Origin: an uncultured virus (IMG/VR IMGVR_UViG_3300006793_000020) | Lineage: Duplodnaviria; Heunggongvirae; Uroviricota; Caudoviricetes | Reading direction: 5' to 3' (one strand) | Length of the DNA stretch: 20,000 nucleotides | IMG/VR virus record: IMGVR_UViG_3300006793_000020 | Shown: piece after piece, positions 8,383 through 17,579 of the stretch | Layout of the letters: the number at the start of each line of letters is the position of its first letter | Numbering within the stretch: position 1 is the stretch's first letter | The notes under the pieces: model-generated | What the model was told of the DNA's origin: nothing | Database searches by the model: none | What the model saw: the letters and a program-made list of their open reading frames with translations, nothing else | Program-made: the position numbers and the translations under genes

Positions 8383-9894
8383 ATGATTACATGGGGTTGG
8401 AGCGGTATGTCACACGATGCTAGTTTAGCAGTGTTTAGTGCTGACGGATTAGAATTCGCCGCACACAGTGAACGCTATAGTCGTATTAAAAACGACAAAA
8501 ACTTACATCCTGATTTAATTGCAGAGGCACTTGAATTTGGCAAGCCTGATAAAATTTATTATTATGAGCGGCCACTATTAAAGAAAACACGACAAGCATG
8601 GGCTGGACAATGGCCATTATTAAAAAAGATATCGCCCACTGCTTATATGCGTAATCAATTATATGATCAAACAGCACCAGTTAGTGAACCAGTAAGTCAT
8701 CATTTAAGTCATGCAGCCGCAGGCTACTATACTAACCCTGGCGAAAAAGACAGTGCAGTACTAGTAATAGACAGTATTGGTGAATGGAATACTATTAGTA
8801 TCTGGAATGGCACTGGTGGTAAACTACGCAAACTGTGGAGCCAGAACTATCCACACAGTGTTGGTATCTGGTATAGTGCTATGACACAGCGACTAGGACT
8901 AAAGCCACAAGAACACGAATACATCCTCATGGGCATGGCTGCAATAGGCGATCCAGAACGGTATTATGAACTTGTAAAGATGGACTTTATTAAAAAGTTT
9001 CCAGACTTGCGTGATCCACGTACATTGTTTAAACGAGACTGTCACAGAGGATGCCGAGATTGGCGTCCCGAATTAAATAGTGTACAAGACTATGCTGACA
9101 TTGCCGCAGCCACCCAACGTATATATGAAGAAATATTTGAACGTTATTGTATGATAACGGCAGAAAAAACAAAAAGCCGCCGTATTACAATCATGGGAGG
9201 TTGTGCATTAAATTGCGTTGCAAACAGTTTGGCATATAAATATTTTGATAGCGTATGGATTATGCCTAATCCAGGCGATGCTGGTAGTAGTATTGGATGC
9301 GTACTAGCTAAAAAGAAACAATTTATGGAGTTTAAACATGCCTACACAGGACACGACATCCCAGGAGACTACCCAGTCGAAACTATTGTCAGAGAACTTA
9401 AAAACAAAAAAATCACAGCCGTTGCCTGTGGTAGAGCAGAATTTGGACCTAGGTCTCTCGGAAACAGAAGCATTCTTGCTGATCCTAGGGGAGTAGATGT
9501 CAAGGACAGAGTAAACCAAATTAAACAGCGTGAAGCGTTTAGGCCGTTTGCTCCCATGATATTAAAAGAGCACTTGGCTGATTACTTTGAGTTACCCAAA
9601 AACTTTACTGAGTCACCATTTATGCAGTACACACTTAAATGTCGTCAACCACATTTATTTCCTGCTATTGTACATTACGATGATACATCAAGAGTACAAA
9701 CAGTGGATGAGTCAAATGGCTGGATTTATACCTTACTAAAGCGTTGGGAAATGGAAACAGGATGTCCTATGCTGTTAAATACTAGTCTAAACATCAAAGG
9801 CGAGCCACTAGTTAATACCGAACAGGATGCACTACGTTGGACAGAACAATACGGAGTAAAGGTATGTTTACCAGAATCAGACAATGGTTACTAA
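8383..9894 (+). CDS. Carbamoyltransferase, NodU/CmcH/TobZ family
   Basis: SHDAS, ERYSRIKND, HHLSHAA, VIDSIGE, GGCALN, PGDAG, EFGPRSLGNRSILADPR, KQREAFRPFAP, RVQTV, LNTSLN..GEP; AAGGA SD. Confidence 0.97.
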   Translation: MITWGWSGMSHDASLAVFSADGLEFAAHSERYSRIKNDKNLHPDLIAEALEFGKPDKIYYYERPLLKKTRQAWAGQWPLLKKISPTAYMRNQLYDQTAPVSEPVSHHLSHAAAGYYTNPGEKDSAVLVIDSIGEWNTISIWNGTGGKLRKLWSQNYPHSVGIWYSAMTQRLGLKPQEHEYILMGMAAIGDPERYYELVKMDFIKKFPDLRDPRTLFKRDCHRGCRDWRPELNSVQDYADIAAATQRIYEEIFERYCMITAEKTKSRRITIMGGCALNCVANSLAYKYFDSVWIMPNPGDAGSSIGCVLAKKKQFMEFKHAYTGHDIPGDYPVETIVRELKNKKITAVACGRAEFGPRSLGNRSILADPRGVDVKDRVNQIKQREAFRPFAPMILKEHLADYFELPKNFTESPFMQYTLKCRQPHLFPAIVHYDDTSRVQTVDESNGWIYTLLKRWEMETGCPMLLNTSLNIKGEPLVNTEQDALRWTEQYGVKVCLPESDNGY

Positions 9895-9992
9895 GTCCTT
9901 GGACTAAACGAGCCCAAAGAAAACAAAAAGAACAGGAACGTGCAGAGAGGTTGGAAAAACTTCGTAAGCGTGATCCATTCATATATGATTAA
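9864..9992 (+). CDS. Unannotated 42-aa basic protein MFTRIRQWLLSPWTKRAQRKQKEQERAERLEKLRKRDPFIYD
   Basis: GGAG SD at 9853-9856, ATG 9864, TAA 9990-9992. Overlaps the carbamoyltransferase end and fills the gap exactly up to the next promoter. Confidence 0.75.
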   Translation: MFTRIRQWLLSPWTKRAQRKQKEQERAERLEKLRKRDPFIYD

Positions 9993-9995
9993 CGA

Positions 9996-10024
9996 TTGAC
10001 AAATTCGATATAATCGTATATTAT
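9996..10024 (+). promoter_or_regulatory. Sigma70-type promoter TTGACA-17 bp-TATTAT
   Basis: Perfect -35 at 9996-10001 and 5/6 -10 at 10019-10024, followed by AGGAG SD before TTG 10053. Confidence 0.7.
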
Positions 10025-10052
10025 TGTACAGAACACCACAGGAGAATACCGA

Positions 10053-10775
10053 TTGCTAGACGTAATACAAATCAGCTATCATGAAGAGCAGGCTGAAGAA
10101 AACTTTGAAATATTAAAATACTATGCACCACATGCTAAAAGAGTAGAAGGCGTTAAAGGTATATTCAATGCACATCAGGCTGCAGCAGAGATAGCAGAAA
10201 CAAGTCACTTTTATGTAATTGATGCTGATGCTATTATTGAAGAAGAGTTTAGTTTTAACTTTAAACCACAAGCAAACAAACTAGAGTACGAACACATTCC
10301 ACAAACAGAGTGTGTTTATGTGTGGCGTAGTCGTAACCCTATTAATGATTTAGTATATGGATATGGTGGAGCAAAAATGTTTCCACGCAAAGCTCTACTA
10401 AAAGCAAAGGATTGGCGAGTTGATATGACAACATCAATTGGTTGTCCGTTTGTGCCAAAGTTTCAAGTTAGTAACATTACAGCGTTTAATACTAATCCGT
10501 TTGATACCTGGAAGAGTGCATTTAGAGAATGTACTAAACTAGCCAGCAGTATTATTAAAAATGGAGATAATATAGACAACGAGTATAGACTAGATGTGTG
10601 GAAAACACGTGGAAAAAATCGACCATTTGGTGAATATTGTACAATGGGCGCAAAACAAGGTGCAGACTTTGGTGCTTATTACAGAGGCAATATCAATGCA
10701 CTCAATCGTATTAACGACTTTGCTTGGTTACAACAGACATTTACAGAAGCAGTAGAGGCACTGGAAAATGCTTGA
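10053..10775 (+). CDS. Putative GT-A fold glycosyltransferase
   Basis: FYVIDADAII (DxD), GIFNAHQAAA, YGYGGAKMF, WKSAFRE; TTG start with a strong SD. Confidence 0.7.
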   Translation: MLDVIQISYHEEQAEENFEILKYYAPHAKRVEGVKGIFNAHQAAAEIAETSHFYVIDADAIIEEEFSFNFKPQANKLEYEHIPQTECVYVWRSRNPINDLVYGYGGAKMFPRKALLKAKDWRVDMTTSIGCPFVPKFQVSNITAFNTNPFDTWKSAFRECTKLASSIIKNGDNIDNEYRLDVWKTRGKNRPFGEYCTMGAKQGADFGAYYRGNINALNRINDFAWLQQTFTEAVEALENA

Positions 10776-11865
10776 GCTTCATGAATTACTGGATAGATTT
10801 GAAATACTGTATCCTGATAACCAAAAGCTGAGTGACCTACGGCGAGCTGTTGTTGATCAAGACCTAAGCAGTATATTCCGGTTAGTGGATGATAATGACA
10901 GTGACTTGCGCAGTGCAGTACTGGACGATAACATACACAGTATATTTAGATTGGCAGAAGAGTGGCAAGTAACTGGTCACAGTGACGATCTCAGACGAGC
11001 AATGCTTGAGCAAAACATATACAGTCTGTTTAGATTATTTCCAGAACAAGACGAAACAGTGCACTTGTATCGTACAGCCATAGTTAATAAAAATATTCGT
11101 AGTATTACTCGTTTACTGGGCGATGAAGATTTGGGTAAACTAATACTGGATCACAATGAACACAAAGTGTTCCCGCAAATTGAAAAATATGTGGACTCTC
11201 CGTTTATTCCTGCATTAAAAAGTTTACGTAATAATAAAGTAGAGTGGAACACTGATTGTTTAAGTCAGGGTCAGTTGCGCAGTAAACGCTGGATAGTTGA
11301 TGAACTACAAAAACTAGACTTAGATTTGGGTGTGGTATTCCTGTGTGCAGGTTGGTATGCTACACTTGCTACAATGTTGTTTGAGAGTGATATAAAACTA
11401 GAACGCATACATAGTTTTGATACTGATCCATCAGCAGGACCCATAGCAGAAATATTTAATAAAACACAATATTTAAACAAGTGGGAGTTTAAAAGCAGTA
11501 CAGTAGACATCCACAAAATGAATTATACCACTGAGCCAGCCCCTAGTGACGGCAGTGTTGGTAACTTTTACTTTGAAACTGAGAACTTCTCTTCGGGTAA
11601 ACATATTGAAACTCGTCTAAAACCAAATACATTTATTAATACCAGCACAGAGCACATTCTTGATTTTAATGATTGGTATACCGGTATACCATTTGGAAGT
11701 TTAATCATCATGCAAGGCAACAACTACCATGATCTTGACGAGCACGTTAATACACACAACAGTTTAGCTGACTTTAGTTGGATGATACACATGCGTAAGC
11801 CATTGTTTGAAGGTGAATTGGATCTGGGCAATTACACAAGGTATATGAAAATTGGATTTAAATGA
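10768..11865 (+). CDS. Class I SAM-dependent methyltransferase-like protein with N-terminal helical repeats
   Basis: C-terminal half has SQGQLRSKRW, FLCAGWYATL (motif I-like), SFDTDP (motif II) and INTSTEH. N-terminal repeats present. Confidence 0.7.
   Translation: MLELHELLDRFEILYPDNQKLSDLRRAVVDQDLSSIFRLVDDNDSDLRSAVLDDNIHSIFRLAEEWQVTGHSDDLRRAMLEQNIYSLFRLFPEQDETVHLYRTAIVNKNIRSITRLLGDEDLGKLILDHNEHKVFPQIEKYVDSPFIPALKSLRNNKVEWNTDCLSQGQLRSKRWIVDELQKLDLDLGVVFLCAGWYATLATMLFESDIKLERIHSFDTDPSAGPIAEIFNKTQYLNKWEFKSSTVDIHKMNYTTEPAPSDGSVGNFYFETENFSSGKHIETRLKPNTFINTSTEHILDFNDWYTGIPFGSLIIMQGNNYHDLDEHVNTHNSLADFSWMIHMRKPLFEGELDLGNYTRYMKIGFK
10831..11181 (+). repeat. 4-5 degenerate intragenic repeats with an 18-aa core (DLRRAVxxxNIxSIFRL)
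   Basis: DLRRAVVDQDLSSIFRLV / DLRSAVLDDNIHSIFRLA / DLRRAMLEQNIYSLFRLF / LYRTAIVNKNIRSITRLL / DLGKLILDHNEHKVFPQI. Confidence 0.8.
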
Positions 11866-12079
11866 TTTAACTGTTAGACAATTACAAGTAGAAGCCGCTA
11901 GAGCATTAAGCACTATGGAAGCTACTAATAATAATATCTATCAATTTAATAAATTAGCACATCATAATAGTCATGCTTGGTATCAGGCAGTTATTGCCTG
12001 GTATATGTCAGAATATGGTGGCTTGCCTAGTAAAACTGGACCAGGACAAAACGTAAAGTTAATTATTGACAATGTATAA
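11852..12079 (+). CDS. Small hypothetical protein (75 aa)
   Basis: Overlaps both neighbours and fills the gap between the methyltransferase and the radical SAM gene. Confidence 0.75.
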   Translation: MDLNDLTVRQLQVEAARALSTMEATNNNIYQFNKLAHHNSHAWYQAVIAWYMSEYGGLPSKTGPGQNVKLIIDNV

Positions 12080-13154
12080 CTATCAAGATATAAAACAAGT
12101 ACATCTGGAAGTCACACAACGCTGTCAGGCGGCATGTCCTATGTGTGACCGTAATGAAAATGGTGGTGCTGACAACAGACATATTACTAATGCTGAACTT
12201 AGTTTAGCTGACTGTAAACGTATCTTTAAGCCAGAGTTTATCCAACAACTAGACAGTATGTACATGTGTGGTAATTTGGGCGATCCTATCATTGCAAAAG
12301 ATACACTAAAAATATTTCGTTACTTTAGACAACATAACCCCAATATGTGGTTGAGTATGAATACAAACGCTGGTGCAAAAGACACACAATGGTGGACACA
12401 GTTAGCAGAAGTATTTGGCAGAATGGGTACAGTTATCTTTAGTGTAGACGGTCTTAGTGATACTAATCATTTGTATAGACAGAATGTGGTCTGGGATAAA
12501 GTAGAAACCAATATGCGGGCCTTTATTGCGGCAGGTGGCCGTGCTCGTTGGGACTTTATTGTATTTGGACACAACGAACATCAAGTTGAACAAGCAGAAG
12601 CTCTAGCACATGAATGGGGATGTGAACGCTTTCAAAAGAAGAAAAGCGGTAGATTTTTTACAGCAAGTAATAAGGGTAAAGATGATCATCAAGCACAAAA
12701 CCGCAAAGGTGTAGAAACACAATTAATACGCAAGCCAGTTAAACTGGATAATCAAAACCTAGCATTATTAAAACAAAAAGAGATAGAAAAATCCTACGGA
12801 AGCATGAATGAATATTATAACAAGTGTAGCATACGTTGTAAAGCCGTAGAGAAAAAAGAAATCTTTATTACAGCAGAAGGATTATTAATGCCTTGCTGTT
12901 GGACTGCTGGGCGTATGTACAAGTGGTGGCACAAAGATTACCGTGTGGAACAAATATGGGATCATATTGAAATGGCTGGCGGTAAAATGGGTATTGACGT
13001 TCGTCGACATGGATTAGAAAGCGTATTTAATAGCGGTATACTCAATACTATACAAAACAGTTGGGATAAGTCCAACATTGCTGAAGGTAAGTTGGGTGTT
13101 TGTGCTATGAAGTGTGGTACAGAGTTTGATCCGTTTGGTGCACAGTTCGTTTAA
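12072..13154 (+). CDS. Radical SAM protein with C-terminal SPASM/Twitch-like domain
   Basis: CQAACPMC, CGNLGDP, FSVDG; C-terminal C..MPCCW..CAMKC. ATG 12072 preferred. Confidence 0.93.
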   Translation: MYNYQDIKQVHLEVTQRCQAACPMCDRNENGGADNRHITNAELSLADCKRIFKPEFIQQLDSMYMCGNLGDPIIAKDTLKIFRYFRQHNPNMWLSMNTNAGAKDTQWWTQLAEVFGRMGTVIFSVDGLSDTNHLYRQNVVWDKVETNMRAFIAAGGRARWDFIVFGHNEHQVEQAEALAHEWGCERFQKKKSGRFFTASNKGKDDHQAQNRKGVETQLIRKPVKLDNQNLALLKQKEIEKSYGSMNEYYNKCSIRCKAVEKKEIFITAEGLLMPCCWTAGRMYKWWHKDYRVEQIWDHIEMAGGKMGIDVRRHGLESVFNSGILNTIQNSWDKSNIAEGKLGVCAMKCGTEFDPFGAQFV

Positions 13155-14521
13155 GGTCGGTAATCAACTGATATTTCTTTACCCAGTTCATATAAACCAC
13201 GCAAGTGTGGTACACTAGTACACAAGTCTGTGCCACGGGCAACATCCATTTGTTTAAGACCATTATACCAGTAATATAAGTTTCTATAGTTTGGAGCCGC
13301 ATACCGCCAGTCTTCTTTAACAAGCCAATTCTGCCAACGATCAAGATTTTCTGTCCAACTTCGTGGATGAACTCCGCTTGTTTGCGCCTTACGTAAACTT
13401 TGTAAACATTGCTCACGTAACTCTGGTATATAGTAAGACATCTTTGGCTGTGTTGTATCGTTAGTCCATATAGTTAACTTGCCGTCTGGATTATTCATTG
13501 GCGGGTCATTAATTGTATTTAGAGGGCAATTATCCATAAACCATTCACCCAATTCATGTATATTAGGTGCATTAAAAATATTCCAACATGTTTGTATATT
13601 TAAATTGACACCGCTTTCATTAATTCTACGATATGTATTAAGCCATTTTTTATCTTTATATCCATAACGAGCATACTCTCCAGTACTACCAAACCCATCA
13701 TTACTCATTGTAATAGTTGCGTTGTCTCCCCAGTGTACAAGATAATCATCAATGATGTCAACCCCTTTGTACTTGGTAATAGTACCGTTAGTGTGACTCC
13801 ACACGTGAACACGTTCTTGTAACCCACGTTTTAGTAATTCTTCTAGTAGCTCATATGTTTCTTCAGCCATAAATGGCTCACCGCCGTTTAGGTGTATAGC
13901 ATGGATACTATCTATATTTCTTAGCACATAGTCTACTTTGTGCTTGGATCCATTAACCCAATTATCCATATCATTATGATAGTCGTCAGGGTCTTGTGCA
14001 TTTAGTATGGCATATTCACGTTTGTATTTGTCATTAATTGTACTACTGAGTTCTGGTGTACACCCCAAACATGCCATATTACATTTACTGGTCCACAAAA
14101 AATCCAACCACTGTGGTTTATGTTTGTGTAGTGTGCCGTCTGGATCTGTGTTGTTAACTAAATCCATGATAACAGGCACTGTACTCATGCCACTACCATG
14201 TAAGCGATTTAAACTAGTTTCACCATTCTCTTCTTGTTGCCAGCAAGCCTCACACTGTGGATGTCGTTCATTACGTAAAAATGCTGCTCTAACATCTTTA
14301 GCATGGTCACTGTTATACATTTCTTCAAACGTTTGCTTGCCACTCCAGCCAATTGGCTCTCGAGTTTTACAACAAGTACTTACTAATCCTTCTGGACCTT
14401 CGTGAAAACTATTCCACGGACTTGTACAAAAATTACTAAGCCCTGTTTTCTCAACAATTGCTTTGTGTATTTCTTCTTTATTGCCGTATTCTTCTCTTGC
14501 ATGTGAAGGTATTTTTGCCAT
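13151..14521 (-). CDS. Radical SAM protein with N-terminal Twitch/SPASM-like domain
   Basis: FCTSPW..STCCK..CEACW, then CNMACLGC, GGEPF, HTNGT, SNDG. Confidence 0.93.
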   Translation of the reverse strand: MAKIPSHAREEYGNKEEIHKAIVEKTGLSNFCTSPWNSFHEGPEGLVSTCCKTREPIGWSGKQTFEEMYNSDHAKDVRAAFLRNERHPQCEACWQQEENGETSLNRLHGSGMSTVPVIMDLVNNTDPDGTLHKHKPQWLDFLWTSKCNMACLGCTPELSSTINDKYKREYAILNAQDPDDYHNDMDNWVNGSKHKVDYVLRNIDSIHAIHLNGGEPFMAEETYELLEELLKRGLQERVHVWSHTNGTITKYKGVDIIDDYLVHWGDNATITMSNDGFGSTGEYARYGYKDKKWLNTYRRINESGVNLNIQTCWNIFNAPNIHELGEWFMDNCPLNTINDPPMNNPDGKLTIWTNDTTQPKMSYYIPELREQCLQSLRKAQTSGVHPRSWTENLDRWQNWLVKEDWRYAAPNYRNLYYWYNGLKQMDVARGTDLCTSVPHLRGLYELGKEISVDYRP

Positions 14522-14526
14522 ACAAC

Positions 14527-14546
14527 TATTTATTGATTCATAAATA
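14527..14546. promoter_or_regulatory. Divergent pair of late-promoter boxes: AATAAATA (minus, 14527-14534) and CATAAATA (plus, 14539-14546)
   Basis: Each box lies exactly 5 nt upstream of its ATG (14521 and 14552), with no SD between box and ATG. Confidence 0.75.
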
Positions 14547-14551
14547 TAAGT

Positions 14552-15628
14552 ATGTACTTAATAGATACCATTAAACGTGTAGAACTGGAGATATCAAGTG
14601 ACTGTAATGCTGCTTGTCCTGGATGCGCCCGTACACAAAACTTAGATATACTACAGCCCCGTAACTTAACTATAGAACAAATACAAAATTGGTTCCCTGA
14701 TAGACGACATATTGAAAATAAAACATTTAAACTGTGTGGAGTATTGGGTGATCCCATTGTTAATCCAGACTGTATGGCAATAACCAAATGGTTACTGGAA
14801 CACGGCGGCAACGTAGCATACAGTACCAATGGCGGACGTAACAGTGCTGAATGGTGGCGTGAACTAGGAGAGCTAAGTGGTCGATATAAACACGATCAAT
14901 TAAAAGTTCATTTTTGTGTTGACGGTGTAGAAACAAATCATGTATATCGTGTTAATACAAACTATAAAATTATTGATAGAAATATGCAAGCCTACAGTGA
15001 TGGCGGACGCAGTACAGGTAGTAAAGCACAAGCAAGTTGGGTTTATATTGTATTTGATCACAACGAACATGAATTGGAAACAGCCAGAGCTAGAGCAGAA
15101 GAACTAGACTTCCGCTTTGCAACACGCACTGGTATGCGTAATACCTTTCACGACTGGGTGGCTAAAATAGGTAAAAAGAACAATCAAATTGAAAAAACTA
15201 TTACTACAACAGGTGCTAAAGAACACAGTAAAGTGGCGGTTGTAAAAGAGTTAGATCGTTTTATCCAAAGTGAGGACAAGAGCCCGGAACAAATTACAGA
15301 AATAGTATCCAGTATTAGTTGTAAGTTTTATCATGACAGAGAAATATTTGTAAGTGCCAACAGTTCATTGTGGCCCTGTTGTTTCCTGTGGGATAGTGCT
15401 TTTAAAAACAAAGATGGAATCATGGACAAATACAGTTCATTTGAGTCAGGCTGGAATGATTTAAATCAACACAGTATAGAAACTATACTAAACACTGACT
15501 ACTATCAGACTACACTTAGTGATAGTTTTGATCCAAGACATAATAAACATGTTAGTCGTTGTATACGTACTTGCGCTAAGAATCGTGCATATCATAATGA
15601 AATAACATACAAGGACGAAAATGATTAA
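14552..15628 (+). CDS. Radical SAM protein with C-terminal SPASM/Twitch-like domain; paralog of 12072..13154
   Basis: CNAACPGC, CGVLGDP, FCVDG, IVFDHNEH, WPCCF..CIRTC. Confidence 0.93.
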   Translation: MYLIDTIKRVELEISSDCNAACPGCARTQNLDILQPRNLTIEQIQNWFPDRRHIENKTFKLCGVLGDPIVNPDCMAITKWLLEHGGNVAYSTNGGRNSAEWWRELGELSGRYKHDQLKVHFCVDGVETNHVYRVNTNYKIIDRNMQAYSDGGRSTGSKAQASWVYIVFDHNEHELETARARAEELDFRFATRTGMRNTFHDWVAKIGKKNNQIEKTITTTGAKEHSKVAVVKELDRFIQSEDKSPEQITEIVSSISCKFYHDREIFVSANSSLWPCCFLWDSAFKNKDGIMDKYSSFESGWNDLNQHSIETILNTDYYQTTLSDSFDPRHNKHVSRCIRTCAKNRAYHNEITYKDEND

Positions 15629-16280
15629 AATATTAACGTTGGGGTGTAGTTTTACACAAGGACACACAATACCTTACGATAATAGCTGGAGTTGGATACT
15701 TAGCAAACGTCATTCACATCTTCAATTCTTGGATTTAAGTAAAGGCGGAAGTAGTATACAGTGGGCCAACTATATGTACGATTGTGCAAAAAAACTCAAT
15801 TGTTTTGATTATTGTATTGCACAGTTTACCAGTCCACTTAGACTGACATTACATCCAGAACGTTGGAGTGATATTGAGAGTTGTCTAATTCCTAGGAGCA
15901 GTAATTATACATTTTGGAACAGTGATGAATTAGAACAGTTGTGTGATTTTAGTAGCAGTGGTTGGTTAGGTACTCCACGATTTGGATGGCCAGGTAATAG
16001 TAAACCCAAGGTACCGTTTGTAAGACAATATTTTGAAACTATACCCAAGCAATTTCATTTAATTAATTATGAAAGTGTAGTACACAATCTAAACAGTAAA
16101 GTAGACTTTGGATTTAAATGGCGTAGCGAAGACCCAGTTGACTTTGTTGCTATAGAAAATGTAATACACCGCTTTGATCAATTACAAATTGACGATTTTG
16201 GACATCTTGGAGTTGAAGGAAGTGAATTGGTTGCAGATTGGATCGAACAAGAATTTTTAATACCCAACAAATTAATATGA
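15621..16280 (+). CDS. SGNH/GDSL-like protein
   Basis: LTLGCSFTQG, DLSKGGSS, C-terminal DDFGHLG (DxxH). Confidence 0.68.
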   Translation: MIKILTLGCSFTQGHTIPYDNSWSWILSKRHSHLQFLDLSKGGSSIQWANYMYDCAKKLNCFDYCIAQFTSPLRLTLHPERWSDIESCLIPRSSNYTFWNSDELEQLCDFSSSGWLGTPRFGWPGNSKPKVPFVRQYFETIPKQFHLINYESVVHNLNSKVDFGFKWRSEDPVDFVAIENVIHRFDQLQIDDFGHLGVEGSELVADWIEQEFLIPNKLI

Positions 16281-16290
16281 TAGGTATATT

Positions 16291-17574
16291 TTATTGATCC
16301 GGCGCTGGAATATTTAAAATAAAGTCAGCCACTTGTGGTTGTAACATCTCATCATAGTTTTGTTTACGTACAATGTCAAGTGTTAGTGTGTCTTGTTTTA
16401 GCCTAGCTCTACGTTCTGTTAGTAGATCAGGATCATGTGTTTGAGATAAGCACCATTCCAAATACTTTATAGTTTTTTGTACACCACCTTGTACATATTC
16501 ATCACACTCCACAGCACACATAGTTTGATATGCTATATCCAATAGTTCTGTACTTGCCCACTTAACATCTAAACAACTGTTGTGTGGATGTGGATCAGGA
16601 ATACACTTCCATGTAATCTTGTGTTCACTATACCAATTATGCTGTATAATCCAATCAATGAGGTTACGTATGTTTAGCATGTTGTATGTGGTTAACACAC
16701 TGCATATGTGTATTTCAGTACTGAGTGGATCTTGTGTCTCACAAAGTTTGTTTATATTATCTTCTAGCTTACGCCAGTTGAATGGATATCGCATGTATTC
16801 ATATGTACTGCGTGTGCCGTCTACACTGAGAGTAAAATGTCTTTTACTGAACATCTTCATGCTGTCTAAAAATAAATGATTAAATTTAGTAGCATTGGTT
16901 GTTAAATGTATTTTTACGTTCTCTGGATAGTTTAAGTTATTAATGATACTCCAGAATGTTTTACTAACAGTTGGCTCTCCACCAGTAAACTTTAGCTCAC
17001 GTATTTCGTCTCCCAGTTCAAGCAACTCTTGTTGATACGCTTTATTAGGTCCAAAAAATACTTGTGATCCGTTCGGATCAGCTTGACTTTCAGTCTGTTT
17101 TATGTTATAGTATTCAGGTAATGGTAAGTCAAGTTCTAGTATCTGATTATAGTCTTTACGTAGACTGTTGCTAACACTGGGTGCACACATTCTACACTGT
17201 AGATTGCAGCTTTCGTCTATCATGGTGTCTAATTTTTGTAGACGTTGTGTAGCTGGTGCGGTACTTTGCTTTAGTGGTGTAATAGCAGTAATACGTGGGC
17301 TATGCCCAGTTTGTCTCTCCAGACGCCAACAGTACTCACAAGCTGGGTTGCGAATACCACTCAGCAAGTCTAAACGTAGTTGGTTAAACTGTGGGCTGGC
17401 AAATATATCACTTAAACTAGCACCACTGTCTATCAAGGGTTTTACTCCCATTGGATCGTCAGTATTATCCGACTTCATGTTACAACAAGGCGTCACACGA
17501 TGTGGCCGACCATCAACCCAGCTTTTAGGGGCAATGCTTTCAAAAGGAAAGCTACAATAAGTAGGATGTTCCAT
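16291..17574 (-). CDS. Radical SAM protein with N-terminal Twitch/SPASM-like domain
   Basis: YCSFPF..TPCCN..CEYCW, then CNLQCRMC, GGEPT, TTNAT, SVDG..YMRYP. Confidence 0.93.
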   Translation of the reverse strand: MEHPTYCSFPFESIAPKSWVDGRPHRVTPCCNMKSDNTDDPMGVKPLIDSGASLSDIFASPQFNQLRLDLLSGIRNPACEYCWRLERQTGHSPRITAITPLKQSTAPATQRLQKLDTMIDESCNLQCRMCAPSVSNSLRKDYNQILELDLPLPEYYNIKQTESQADPNGSQVFFGPNKAYQQELLELGDEIRELKFTGGEPTVSKTFWSIINNLNYPENVKIHLTTNATKFNHLFLDSMKMFSKRHFTLSVDGTRSTYEYMRYPFNWRKLEDNINKLCETQDPLSTEIHICSVLTTYNMLNIRNLIDWIIQHNWYSEHKITWKCIPDPHPHNSCLDVKWASTELLDIAYQTMCAVECDEYVQGGVQKTIKYLEWCLSQTHDPDLLTERRARLKQDTLTLDIVRKQNYDEMLQPQVADFILNIPAPDQ

Positions 17575-17579
17575 ACTAG

